From contig OY762463.1 in assembly GCA_963665815.1 (NCBI GenBank), positions 3,360,001 to 3,424,000 of the forward strand: DNA of 64,000 bases, given 5' to 3'. Numbering within the stretch: position 1 is the stretch's first letter; each line of letters starts with the position of its first letter. This DNA comes from Candidatus Cloacimonadales bacterium. GTDB lineage: Bacteria; Cloacimonadota; Cloacimonadia; Cloacimonadales; JAIOQZ01. Below are positions 51,085 through 61,247 of the stretch, piece after piece. A model generated the notes under the pieces. That model did not search any database. It was not told the DNA's origin and saw only the letters and a program-made list of their open reading frames with translations. Position numbers and translations under genes: made by a program.

Positions 51085-52515
51085 TCAATAATCGTGCTTA
51101 ACATGCATCCACTTTCCTTTGAAATAAAGATACATCCCCAGAAAAGCTGTTACAATATTTGAAATCAACATCGCATACCACAATGAATTGTACGGTTCTG
51201 ATCCTAAAGTCATACTGTTTAAAAATCCCGGTACTGCAAAGTTATATTTTTCAAGAATTTCTGTAGCTTTACCAGATATTATATAGGTCAATGGTATGCG
51301 GAGAATCCATAATCTTGTTATGTTAATGATCATTACAGGCAGCGTGTATCCGGAACCGTTAAACACTCCCCATAGCACAAAAACTACACCAAAAACTACT
51401 GAAGCAGGTGACACAATCTTGAACATTGTATGCCCAATTGCAACTACTTCAGGGTCGTTGATGAAGAACTGAGTCAGGTATGTCCCGGAAGTAAAGAGGA
51501 TTATCCCTCCCAGACCCAGAAATCCCAGAACTGCCATCAAGGCAACATGGAAGCTGTGTTTAGCTCTGGTTACGTTTTCTGCTCCAAGATTCTGTCCTAC
51601 AATTGTAGCCAGTGCATTACTTATGCCCATTGCAGGCATCATGAAGAAACCTATCATTCTATTACAGATGGAATAAGCACTCATTACGACTGTTCCGAAG
51701 GTATTGACGAATCCCTGCAGGAGTATGAACCCGAAGCTGGTAATAGATTGTGAAATTGATGCAGGAATAGCTATTTTCAGGATTGTCAGCATTAACTTGA
51801 ATCTTGGTTTTAAATCTGAAACATGAGGAATCAGTATCCTGTTTCTGCTGTATAGGAACCATAAAGCAAGGATTGAAGCAGAAACTCTGGCAATAAGTGT
51901 TGCATATCCGGCTCCGTAAATTTCCATTCTTGGGAAGAATCCCAGTCCGAAGATCAGTAATGGATCCAGAACAAAGTTAATTGATATTGAAATAAGCTGT
52001 ATTATCATAGGTGACCAGGTGTCACCAACTCCATGAGCTCCACTTTGATAGCTCAGAAAAACAAACATGAAAATCATACCGTTCAGGATAATCAGGATGT
52101 ATTTACTTGCATCTGCAAAGATTTCTTCAGGAGTATCAAGGAACTTCAGTATCGGGTCAAGACATGTATATCCTATAATTGCAAATGTTAGCATACATAG
52201 AATTGTGATGATGAAAAACTGACCGGCAACGAGTTTAACTTTCTGAAGGTTGTTTTCACCGACTGCTCTTGATATCAAAGCTGTACCTGCAATTGTGAAG
52301 CCTACTGCAAAAGAAGAAATGAAGAATACGAGTGGGAAAGCCAGACCTGTTACTGCAACAGCTTCTTTGGCTTTATCTCCGAGTTTTCCCAGCCAGAAAG
52401 TATCTGTAAGGTTATAAAAAACCTGAACAAAATTAGAAAGCATTATCGGTAACGAGAGTTTTATCAGATTACCAAAAATGCTTCCTTCTGTAAGGTTTTT
52501 CGTTTTCTGTTTCAT
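51085..52515 (-). CDS. MATE family efflux transporter
   Basis: LTEGSI...P, YNLTDTFW, GDTWSP, N..LDP..IFG, GQNLGA. Confidence 0.93.
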   Translation of the reverse strand: MKQKTKNLTEGSIFGNLIKLSLPIMLSNFVQVFYNLTDTFWLGKLGDKAKEAVAVTGLAFPLVFFISSFAVGFTIAGTALISRAVGENNLQKVKLVAGQFFIITILCMLTFAIIGYTCLDPILKFLDTPEEIFADASKYILIILNGMIFMFVFLSYQSGAHGVGDTWSPMIIQLISISINFVLDPLLIFGLGFFPRMEIYGAGYATLIARVSASILALWFLYSRNRILIPHVSDLKPRFKLMLTILKIAIPASISQSITSFGFILLQGFVNTFGTVVMSAYSICNRMIGFFMMPAMGISNALATIVGQNLGAENVTRAKHSFHVALMAVLGFLGLGGIILFTSGTYLTQFFINDPEVVAIGHTMFKIVSPASVVFGVVFVLWGVFNGSGYTLPVMIINITRLWILRIPLTYIISGKATEILEKYNFAVPGFLNSMTLGSEPYNSLWYAMLISNIVTAFLGMYLYFKGKWMHVKHDY

Positions 52516-53345
52516 TAATAATGATATACCGATGAGATATCTACAGCCTGAATACCTTTTTCACTGTCGACAATCTTGAATTCAAAAATCTGTTCCCTGT
52601 TTGGAAGGTGTTTGAGATCAATTTCTTCCGGGAATTGAGAGTGGTGGACAAAAGCTGTGATGTAAGGTGAACCTTCATCTCGGGAGTCAGTTATCCAGGT
52701 ACCACCTGAAACGTGTTTCATAACTCGCATGAAACCAAATCCTTTGTCGTGGTAGTATGCATAACATATTCCTCTGACTCTGCTGTTCAGTTCGCCCCAT
52801 TTGATGTGTGCTTCCTCGTTTTTCTGGATAGGAAGCAGATCCGGAACTGAGTATCCTGAAAAGAACACGTCAGTTTCGTTTCTCAGTTCATGCGACACGT
52901 TCTCGAAAGCAAGAGCTTCTACTCGGCAGCCTTTACTCTGCAATGCTCTTACTACCTGAACAAAGTCACCGTCTCCTGTTACCATCAGGACATAATCCAG
53001 ACGTTCCGACTGCATCAGTGCATCAACAGCCATGTCAAGGTCAGCATTAGCTTTAGCGTAAAGTTGACCTTTTTCGTCTACAAACCATTTCACTTGTTTA
53101 ATAACTACTTTATATCCGTAATCTCTGAGTACCGCATGGAAGTTCTGAGCTTTCTTTTTGTATTCACTATTATGTATTGCTTCTTCAGCATTATATGCTA
53201 CATAGGCATTAAGTCGGATTGCAGTTCCGCGGTTGCGGCAGGCAAATTCTCTGAGGACATCATATTGTATTCCATATCCACCGTTAAGTGCAATGTTTGA
53301 TACATCAACATAAACTCCAACTCTTAAGTTTCCGCCTTTATTCAT
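52515..53345 (-). CDS. NYN (LabA/DUF88 PIN-like) domain protein with C-terminal cold-shock-like OB fold
   Basis: VYVDVSN, K.NADLDMAVD, TGDGDF. Tail RG.C...DKGFGF...FVHHS. Confidence 0.85.
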   Translation of the reverse strand: MNKGGNLRVGVYVDVSNIALNGGYGIQYDVLREFACRNRGTAIRLNAYVAYNAEEAIHNSEYKKKAQNFHAVLRDYGYKVVIKQVKWFVDEKGQLYAKANADLDMAVDALMQSERLDYVLMVTGDGDFVQVVRALQSKGCRVEALAFENVSHELRNETDVFFSGYSVPDLLPIQKNEEAHIKWGELNSRVRGICYAYYHDKGFGFMRVMKHVSGGTWITDSRDEGSPYITAFVHHSQFPEEIDLKHLPNREQIFEFKIVDSEKGIQAVDISSVYHY

Positions 53346-53369
53346 TGTTTCTCCTTTGCAATTTCAATT

Positions 53370-55169
53370 CTAAGTTCTTTCAGATTTAAGTACAGCAAGG
53401 AAGGCTTCCTGAGGAACATTAACCGATCCAACTTCCTTCATTCTTTTTTTACCTTCTTTTTGTTTTTCAAGAAGTTTTTTCTTTCTGGTGATGTCACCAC
53501 CATAGCATTTTGCAGTTACATTTTTTCTCATTGCTGAAATAGTAGATCTGGCAATGATTTTACTGCCTATTGATGCCTGAAGTGCAATTTTAAATAAGTG
53601 TCTCGGGATTACTTCTCTCAGGGTCTCAGTTACACTTTTACCCCAATTGTAAGCTTTTTCCTCATGACACATGAATGACATGGCATCAACTTTTTCATTG
53701 TTTATTAAAATATCAACTTTGACAATATCTGATTTCCTGTTTTCGCGGAAAGAATAATCTAAGGAAGCATAGCCGCGGCTAACTGATTTGAGTTTATCAT
53801 AGAAATCAAAAATTATTTCAATTAACGGCATTTCATAATGCAGAGCAACTCTCTTTTCATCGATGTACTGCATATCTTTCTGAATACCGCGACGTTCCAG
53901 AGTAATCTTCATTATATTACCGACATATTCAGTAGGAACAATAATCTCCACATCCATAATCGGTTCCAAGATATAATCAATACTCACAGGATCAGGGAAG
54001 TCAACAGGATTATACACAATAATTTCTTCTCCATTGTTGAGCTTGATGACAAACTTAACACTTGGAGTTGTAGTAATAATAGGAATGTTATACTCCCGCA
54101 TCAACCTTTCTTTAACAATTTCCAGATGCAGCATACCGAGGAATCCGCAACGGAATCCATAGCCAAGGGCAAGTGAGTTTTCTTTCTCATAAACCAGAGA
54201 AGCATCATTAAGCTCCAGTTTTGCCATAGCATCAACCAGATTCTCGTAGTCATCTCCGTTAATTGGAAAAATACCGGAATAAACCATTGGTTTCGGTTCT
54301 TGAAATCCCGGAAGTGCTTTTTCACAACCGTTTTTCTTCAGAGTAACCGTGTCACCTACCATTGCATCTCCAACGTTTTTGATACCACCAATAATGTAAC
54401 CGACTTCACCGGAGGAAAGCTGATCGCCAGGTTCAAGTACAATTCCAAGATGACCGATCTCTTCGATCTGGAATGATTTACCGTTAGACATGAACTTAAT
54501 TTGATCTCCCTTTTTCAGAGTTCCATCGTACATTCTGATAAGAACAACAACACCTCTGTATACGTCATAATAAGAGTCGAAAATCAAAGCCTGAGGAGGA
54601 AGATTCTCGTCTCCTTCAGGGGATGGTATATTTTCTATAACTCCAACAAGCAGTTCTTCAATACCGATGTTCTGTTTTGCACTGATTTTGTAGACTTCTT
54701 CGGAATCAATTCCGATAGTTTCTTCAATCTCGTGGAGAACGCCTTCTATGTCTGCATTGGGTATATCTATCTTATTGAGAACAGGGACAATTTCCAGATT
54801 GTTTTCCATAGCAAGATACATGTTGCTCATTGTCTGAGCTTCAATACCTTGAGAAGCATCAACGAGAAGCAGCGCACCTTCGCAGGAAGCAAGACTTCTT
54901 GAGACTTCATAGGAAAAGTCAACGTGTCCTGGAGTATCTATCAGGTTAAGAATATATTCTTCACCATTATGTGTGTACGGCATTCGGATAGCGTGGGATT
55001 TAATTGTAATTCCTCTTTCACGTTCCAGATCCATATCGTCGAGTATCTGATCAACTCCTGAGTTAACATCAATAACTTTTGTCGTTTCAAGCAGTCTGTC
55101 AGCCAGTGTCGATTTACCATGATCAATATGAGCTATTATACAAAAGTTTCTAATATTAGTTTTCTTCAT
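53370..55169 (-). CDS. lepA: Elongation factor 4
   Basis: IRNFCIIAHIDHGKSTLADR, GFRCGFLG.LH, KCYGGDITRKKKLLEKQK. Confidence 0.98.
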   Translation of the reverse strand: MKKTNIRNFCIIAHIDHGKSTLADRLLETTKVIDVNSGVDQILDDMDLERERGITIKSHAIRMPYTHNGEEYILNLIDTPGHVDFSYEVSRSLASCEGALLLVDASQGIEAQTMSNMYLAMENNLEIVPVLNKIDIPNADIEGVLHEIEETIGIDSEEVYKISAKQNIGIEELLVGVIENIPSPEGDENLPPQALIFDSYYDVYRGVVVLIRMYDGTLKKGDQIKFMSNGKSFQIEEIGHLGIVLEPGDQLSSGEVGYIIGGIKNVGDAMVGDTVTLKKNGCEKALPGFQEPKPMVYSGIFPINGDDYENLVDAMAKLELNDASLVYEKENSLALGYGFRCGFLGMLHLEIVKERLMREYNIPIITTTPSVKFVIKLNNGEEIIVYNPVDFPDPVSIDYILEPIMDVEIIVPTEYVGNIMKITLERRGIQKDMQYIDEKRVALHYEMPLIEIIFDFYDKLKSVSRGYASLDYSFRENRKSDIVKVDILINNEKVDAMSFMCHEEKAYNWGKSVTETLREVIPRHLFKIALQASIGSKIIARSTISAMRKNVTAKCYGGDITRKKKLLEKQKEGKKRMKEVGSVNVPQEAFLAVLKSERT

Positions 55170-55397
55170 TGAGAAACCTCCAATGATACAAGAGATTTAG
55201 CTCGGTTTTTATGTCAATCGTTTTCGGGAAATAATCCTCTAAATGCTTGTAAAAGATGAAAAAGTAGCAATTAAGTGATTGGAGGATTACATAACTCTTA
55301 TATAAGATGTGATATTTTCTTGACACAAAGTTTTTCAAAATCACTATTTAATATAATTTGTGTTTAAAATAGAATTCGGAATTTGGTGGTTATTTTA

Positions 55398-56816
55398 ATG
55401 AAAATTGATTACTATAGCGAAAGAAATGAGTCGTTTGATAATGATGATTACAGGGAAAAGATATTTGATCAAGTTTTAAAAAAACTAGAATTTGATAATA
55501 TGACCGAGGAAGCAAACATTATAGAATCTTCTAAAATATACATTGATGATTTTGGTGGTATTGATGGAGAGCAATTTTATAATCTGGTATTTTATATAGA
55601 CTTAAATTCTTATCTAAACATTTTTGATGTAGAAATGTCTGAGAAAAGAATACTGCTAGCCTTCAAGTATGTTACAAGGCATTTAACATATGAGACTGTT
55701 AATAATGTATTAATAAGACAAGAAGTAATTGTTGCGAAGAATTCTATCCCTTTGAAAGCATATAATGATTTACCTGGTCTACCACCATCAATAAACTTAA
55801 ATAAACCTAAGATTTTGAAGCACTTAATAGAAACTCATAAAGTATTAGCAGAATTGAAAGGCTTTTCTGAGAAGCTGCCTAATAAAAGTATCATTTTAAA
55901 TTCAATTGTACTACAAGAAGCTAAAGACAGTTCTGAAGTTGAAAATATTGTTACAACTCATGACGACTTGTTCAAAGCCATTGCATTTAAATACAAAAAT
56001 ATTGACCCACAAACTAAGGAAGTTGTGAATTATAAAAGAGCATTGTTTACAGGCTTGGATTTAGTAAATAGGAAACAAATGATTAGCTCAAATGTAATAA
56101 AGAAAATACAGGAGATTATTGTTGGGAATACTGGTGGTTTTAGATCTCAAATTGGAACTCAGATTAAGAATATGAGTACTAATGAAGTTGTTTATACACC
56201 GCCTGATACGAATAGAATTAATGATTTGATGGCTGAACTTACAGAATTTATGAACAGTCATTCAGGAGACTTGGATCCCCTAATCAAATTAGCTTTCATT
56301 CATTATCAGTTCGAGGCAATTCACCCTTTCTCTGATGGAAATGGAAGAACTGGTAGGATTATTAATGTGTTGTACTTGATTCTTACTAATTTACTTGAAG
56401 ATCCATTCTTGTACTTAAGCAGTTATATTATTCAAAATAAAGATGACTACTATAAGCTACTACGAGGAGTAACAGAAGAAGATAAGTGGGAAGATTGGGT
56501 AATGTATATGTTGTCAGCTGTTAGAGAAACTGCAAGTAAAACACTGTCTACCAGTAAGAGAATTATAGACTTATTTGATACAACATCAAACAAAATAAAG
56601 ATTGGCTATCCTAAAGTATACTCTAAGGAATTTATTGAGTTGCTCTTTTCAAATGTTTACACAAGAATCTCAGATGTAGAAGGATTAGGCTTTTCAAGAA
56701 ATACAGCTTCTAAGTATTTGAATATTTTGGTCGGTGATATTCTTTACAGGGAGGTAATTGGTAAGTCTGCATTGTTTATTAACAAGGATTTATTGAACTT
56801 ATTAAGAGATGGATAG
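55398..56816 (+). CDS. Fic-domain protein with N-terminal inhibitory helix and extra N-terminal domain
   Basis: HPFSDGNGRTGR catalytic motif, AKDSSEVEN (S/TxxxE[G/N]) helix, C-terminal HTH-like SRNTASKYL. Confidence 0.9.
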   Translation: MKIDYYSERNESFDNDDYREKIFDQVLKKLEFDNMTEEANIIESSKIYIDDFGGIDGEQFYNLVFYIDLNSYLNIFDVEMSEKRILLAFKYVTRHLTYETVNNVLIRQEVIVAKNSIPLKAYNDLPGLPPSINLNKPKILKHLIETHKVLAELKGFSEKLPNKSIILNSIVLQEAKDSSEVENIVTTHDDLFKAIAFKYKNIDPQTKEVVNYKRALFTGLDLVNRKQMISSNVIKKIQEIIVGNTGGFRSQIGTQIKNMSTNEVVYTPPDTNRINDLMAELTEFMNSHSGDLDPLIKLAFIHYQFEAIHPFSDGNGRTGRIINVLYLILTNLLEDPFLYLSSYIIQNKDDYYKLLRGVTEEDKWEDWVMYMLSAVRETASKTLSTSKRIIDLFDTTSNKIKIGYPKVYSKEFIELLFSNVYTRISDVEGLGFSRNTASKYLNILVGDILYREVIGKSALFINKDLLNLLRDG

Positions 56817-56820
56817 TCTA

Positions 56821-56909
56821 ATGCACACATTTTGTGCATATTGAGATTTAATGCGCAAATTTTCGAATTTATTGTGCATATTGGTTGTAAATGCACAATT
56901 GTTGTGCAT
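56821..56909. repeat. Three ATGC[A/G]CA...TGTGCAT inverted-repeat units
   Basis: Units at 56821-56839, 56851-56879 and 56891-56909. Confidence 0.8.
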
Positions 56910-57168
56910 AAATACAATGAGCTATATTAATGTTTATCTTACTAAACATCAATTTCTTCTTCTAATGATGTATCGAATTTTTTATGGCAATAGTTTTCGG
57001 GAAATAATAGAAAGGCAGGCTTTTATAACGATTAACTTGACGTACATGGAAAAAATTTATTGTGTTGGTTTTCATGCATAAGCATTAGTGTTATTCTTGG
57101 GTGGATTTAATAGGTTGTAATATTGATTCTATTCACATTTTTTAACTAAGTTATCTAATAGAGGAATA

Positions 57169-57537
57169 ATGAAAGTATTGATTTGGGTTGTAAGGATCAT
57201 TACATTATTATCAATTATCTTATTAGCTGCCATGTTTCTTATGGATAAGCAAAGATTTGATATGGTGGTACAGAACAGATATGTCTGGCGAATCTACTTG
57301 TATTTATGTGGTTCTGTGCATGAAATTAAATTAATGAAGTCATACAGGAATTTTCTACAAAGTTCCCTTGATTTACTGCCTGTTATATTAATTTGCGGAT
57401 TATCCGTATTTGTTAAAGATATCTACTTTGTGGAATTGCTGATACTCCCACTGTTCGGCTTTGTCGTTTCTACTCTGCTTCTTAAACTGAGCAGAAGAAA
57501 TGTACTGAATGATGAAGATGCATCAGAAACTAATTAG
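57169..57537 (+). CDS. Hypothetical membrane protein
   Basis: GAGG RBS and three hydrophobic segments. Confidence 0.6.
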   Translation: MKVLIWVVRIITLLSIILLAAMFLMDKQRFDMVVQNRYVWRIYLYLCGSVHEIKLMKSYRNFLQSSLDLLPVILICGLSVFVKDIYFVELLILPLFGFVVSTLLLKLSRRNVLNDEDASETN

Positions 57538-57652
57538 TTAAACAATTGAGATATTGCAGGGCTACTGTTCATATGCGGAATCCCTGTTTTCTTTATGTCA
57601 TTATTAGAGAATGCATCTTAGGGTAATTTCGTTGCAGGTATGTGGGGAATAG

Positions 57653-57746
57653 TGACTATTGAAATAGTCATAATATACTTAAAAGTGACCAGTAGGGTAG
57701 TCGAAAACATATTAAACTTGACAATTAGGATAGTCATAAATATTTT
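57653..57746 (+). promoter_or_regulatory. Three 18-bp palindromic operators at 33-bp period overlapping a sigma70 promoter
   Basis: TGACTATTGAAATAGTCA (57653), TGACCAGTAGGGTAGTCG (57686), TGACAATTAGGATAGTCA (57719). TTGACA at 57718, 17-nt spacer, then TATTTT. Confidence 0.7.
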
Positions 57747-57762
57747 ATTGTCGGGAGTTAAT

Positions 57763-58977
57763 ATGGAAATATTGAATGAATTATTCACAATCCAGAATAG
57801 GATATCAGCGTTGATACCAAGGAAATTTAGAAGGTATATAGATATTGACTGGAGTAAGAGGCTGGTGGTTATTACCGGAGCTAGGGGTACTGGAAAGACT
57901 ACACTCGTATTGCAGCACTATCTGGATAGTTTTAAGTCACCGGCAGATTGCCTGTACTTCTCAGTGGATAATCCACTTGTAGTCAAGAGTGGAATTTATG
58001 AGATTGCCAAAGCATATTTTTCATTATATGGGGATACAATCATAATTGATGAAGTTCATAAACAAAAGGACTGGTCTTTTGATGTAAAAGCTATTTATGA
58101 CTCATTTCCTGATAAGAGGATTATCATTCTCGGAAGCTCCAGACTGAATATTCTCAGTGAGAAGGGAGACTTATCCAGAAGAGCATTAATATATAATCTC
58201 AGAGGGTTATCATTCAGGGAATACATTGAGCTTAAATATAATATAAAACTACAATCATTTTCTCTTGAGGAAATACTTACAGATCATGTTGCAATAGCAT
58301 CTGCTATAACTCGGGAAGTTCCGAAGATTAAAAAGTACTTTTTTGAGTATAAGCAATATGGGTTCTACCCCTTTTTCAATGAGTACTCAAAGGATGAATA
58401 CCAACAGGTTTTACATAATGTTCTGGATAAGATTGTGTATGAAGATGTACCGAGTCTGAAGGATGTGAAAGGTTCTTCCAGTTTTGTATTTAAGAAACTG
58501 ATCGCCTATTTGGCAATGTCAAGAATCCCAACGGTTAAGGTGTCAAGCATCTGCAATGAGCTTGATATAAATAAGGAAACTTTGTATGTCTATCTGGATT
58601 TACTGGACAGAGCAGAGGTTATAAATATAATAAGAAGAGAAAAAGCATCATTGAGGTCGCTGCGGTTTTCGAAAATTATGTTGGCGAATCCCAATCTTTA
58701 CTATGCAGTAAGCCATGAAATGTGGTATCACAGTAGTGAATTAGGGAATATACGAGAATCATTCTTTGTTTCTCAGATTGGACTACCTGTTTCTGCTTCG
58801 ACATTCGTAGATTACAGTATTGGTTCCGGTACTGGTAAAATAGAAGTTGAAATAGGTGGAAAGAATAAGAATCGAAAACAGATAAAGGATTTAAAAAGTG
58901 CATATGTCTTCAAGGATGATACCGAAATTGGTTATGAAAATATAGTTCCTCTGTATCTGGCAGGTTTCTTATATTGA
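57763..58977 (+). CDS. AAA_14-type ATPase with DUF4143-like C-terminus
   Basis: GARGTGKTT, IDEVHK, LGSS, DLSRR, GLSFREY, N.RESFF...VEIGGK. Start at the ATG after GGGAG. Confidence 0.88.
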   Translation: MEILNELFTIQNRISALIPRKFRRYIDIDWSKRLVVITGARGTGKTTLVLQHYLDSFKSPADCLYFSVDNPLVVKSGIYEIAKAYFSLYGDTIIIDEVHKQKDWSFDVKAIYDSFPDKRIIILGSSRLNILSEKGDLSRRALIYNLRGLSFREYIELKYNIKLQSFSLEEILTDHVAIASAITREVPKIKKYFFEYKQYGFYPFFNEYSKDEYQQVLHNVLDKIVYEDVPSLKDVKGSSSFVFKKLIAYLAMSRIPTVKVSSICNELDINKETLYVYLDLLDRAEVINIIRREKASLRSLRFSKIMLANPNLYYAVSHEMWYHSSELGNIRESFFVSQIGLPVSASTFVDYSIGSGTGKIEVEIGGKNKNRKQIKDLKSAYVFKDDTEIGYENIVPLYLAGFLY

Positions 58978-59189
58978 TCAAATTTCCTACATAAGAGAAG
59001 GGATTTCCATGATAATCTAACTATTAATTGAGGATATTGTAAATGCATCTATATCTCATTGCAGTACAGGGTATTGAATGTATATTAATGAATGCCGTCT
59101 TTTAAAAAATTATTCTCTTGACTAAATTTCAGGGCATGGAAAATTGAAATAGTATATCGTGACAAAATCTAATTTAAATACGCAGGATT

Positions 59190-59654
59190 ATGAGAAAATA
59201 CAAAGAAATAATAATAAATTTAATAGCATGCGTTCTGCTAATAGGTGGAATAGCAAACTTGATTCACTTTCTTTTGGACAGTGATAGCTTGAATGTTATA
59301 CATTTTAACGACCCTGAGGACTACTTCAGAATGTTTGGTCGTATATTGGGTAATATTGGTATTTACTTTGTAAAGCCATTTTTCGGGATTGGGATATTCT
59401 CAGTGTACTTCGTGCTTTGCAGCTGGTGGATATTTAAAAGATATTTCTGGGCAGGTGTTACCGGTACAATTGCTGCATCTATTTACATACTTAGAGATAC
59501 AATGATTTTTATTAATGATATGGAGTCAACAATCGTAACTTCTCAAAGTCTGGTTGTTTTCTTTTCAAAGCTTGTTATTGCCGGGATGTGTATTGGCTTA
59601 TTGAACTCCCGTGAAATTTGTGACAGTTTTAAGCGTCAGGCAGGGGATTACTAA
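59190..59654 (+). CDS. Hypothetical membrane protein
   Basis: Four hydrophobic segments, AGGA RBS. Confidence 0.65.
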   Translation: MRKYKEIIINLIACVLLIGGIANLIHFLLDSDSLNVIHFNDPEDYFRMFGRILGNIGIYFVKPFFGIGIFSVYFVLCSWWIFKRYFWAGVTGTIAASIYILRDTMIFINDMESTIVTSQSLVVFFSKLVIAGMCIGLLNSREICDSFKRQAGDY

Positions 59655-59947
59655 TTCTCAAGCCTTTTTCATGCTGATAAAAGTATTTTATCTTGAAGAT
59701 AACATTGTGTTAGAATTTTCATTGTAATTTTTAACGTAAATTCTTAGTGTAATTTTATGGATTTAGATAGAAATCTATATATCGCAGACTAATAAGTAAT
59801 GGTCTTTGTATCATATGTATGTTAGAGGTTATGATATTACAAACCCATGTAAAGTTGTATTTCTCTTAAGAAAAATATCTATTGACAATTTTTCATCTAT
59901 ATTTGCATTAAAATTAGAACAATAATCCATTAAAAAAGGAGAAAGTA

Positions 59948-60151
59948 ATGGCTCGAGTTACTATTGATCCAAACTATTGTAAAGGATGTGGCCTCTGTAT
60001 AGAAGCTTGTCCGAAGAAAATCCTTCAATTCTCAGAAAACATTAATGCTAAGGGTTATCACTATTCAGAATGTAAAGATCAGGACAAATGTATTGCCTGT
60101 AAATTCTGTTACACAGTATGCCCTGATGTCGCAATCACAATCGAAAAATAA
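59948..60151 (+). CDS. 2x[4Fe-4S] ferredoxin (delta) subunit of 2-oxoacid:ferredoxin oxidoreductase
   Basis: CKGCGLCIEACP and CIACKFCYTVCP. Confidence 0.92.
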   Translation: MARVTIDPNYCKGCGLCIEACPKKILQFSENINAKGYHYSECKDQDKCIACKFCYTVCPDVAITIEK

Positions 60152-60162
60152 TGGAGGGAAAT

Positions 60163-61239
60163 ATGAAAGTCTTAATGAAAGGTAATGAAGCTGTAGCAGA
60201 AGCAGCAATCCGCTCAGGATGTCGTTTATATTTTGCTTATCCTATTACACCACAGAGTGAATTGATAGAATACATGTCCAGGATGATGCCAAAAGTTAAT
60301 GGTACATTCCTTCAGGCAGAATCTGAAGTAGCAGCGATTAACATGGTTTACGGTGCATCAGGATGTGGAAAACGTGTTATGACATCATCTTCATCTCCTG
60401 GTATCTCACTCAAGTCCGAAGGTATCTCATATATTGCAGGTGCTAATCTGCCAGCAGTTATTGTAAACGTTCAGCGTGGCGGACCAGGTCTTGGTGATAT
60501 TCAGCCGGCTCAGGGAGATTATTTCCAGGCTACTAAAGGTGGTGGACACGGCGATTTCAGAATGATCGTTCTTGCTCCTGCCTCTGTTCAGGAATTTGCT
60601 GACATGGCTGCGCAGGCATTTGATCTTGCAGATAAATATCGCAATCCTGTAATGATACTCTCAGATGGTCTTCTTGGTCAGATGATGGAACCTGTTGAGT
60701 TCAAACCTGCTAAAACTGATGAAGAAATTGAAGCATTAAATAACCAGCATCTTGACTGGTGTATGTATCCAAATGAAGATGGACCAAATCATCATCATCA
60801 TGAGGTTAACTCACTTGAAATAGATCCGTTAGTGCTTGAACAACATGTTCTTAAACTTGATAAAAAGTATAAAGAAATTACAAAGAACGAACAACTTTGG
60901 GAAGAATATAATCTTGCTGAAGATAATGAAGTTCTCTGCGTAGCATTTGGAACAGCTTCCAGAATCGTAAAATCCGCAATTGATGATCTTAAAGAAGAAG
61001 GCAAGAATGTTGGACTTATTCGTCCTATTACATGCTGGCCATATCCTTACGATGCAATCAAGAAAGCTTTACACAAAAACATCAAAAAGGTTGTTGTTTT
61101 CGAACTTAACCTTGGTCAAATGGTTGAAGATGTGAAACTTGCTGTAAATGGTAAGATTCCTGTTGAGTTTATGGGTAAAGTCGGCGGTATCGTATTTACT
61201 CCGGAAGAAGTAAAAACTAAAATCGAAGAGTACTTATAG
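60163..61239 (+). CDS. vorB: 2-oxoacid:ferredoxin oxidoreductase alpha subunit (VorB-like)
   Basis: GNEA.AE, YPITPQSE, QAESE, TSSSSPGISLK, QRGGPGLG.IQPAQ.DY. Confidence 0.88.
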   Translation: MKVLMKGNEAVAEAAIRSGCRLYFAYPITPQSELIEYMSRMMPKVNGTFLQAESEVAAINMVYGASGCGKRVMTSSSSPGISLKSEGISYIAGANLPAVIVNVQRGGPGLGDIQPAQGDYFQATKGGGHGDFRMIVLAPASVQEFADMAAQAFDLADKYRNPVMILSDGLLGQMMEPVEFKPAKTDEEIEALNNQHLDWCMYPNEDGPNHHHHEVNSLEIDPLVLEQHVLKLDKKYKEITKNEQLWEEYNLAEDNEVLCVAFGTASRIVKSAIDDLKEEGKNVGLIRPITCWPYPYDAIKKALHKNIKKVVVFELNLGQMVEDVKLAVNGKIPVEFMGKVGGIVFTPEEVKTKIEEYL

Positions 61240-61247
61240 GAGGAATA

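Noticed and set aside
56851-57081. 76-aa ORF after Fic
   Set aside because: It runs through the palindrome array, with no RBS and no protein-like features.
56821-57736. CRISPR array
   Set aside because: The repeats are short, degenerate and only three per cluster, with no spacers of CRISPR length and no cas genes.
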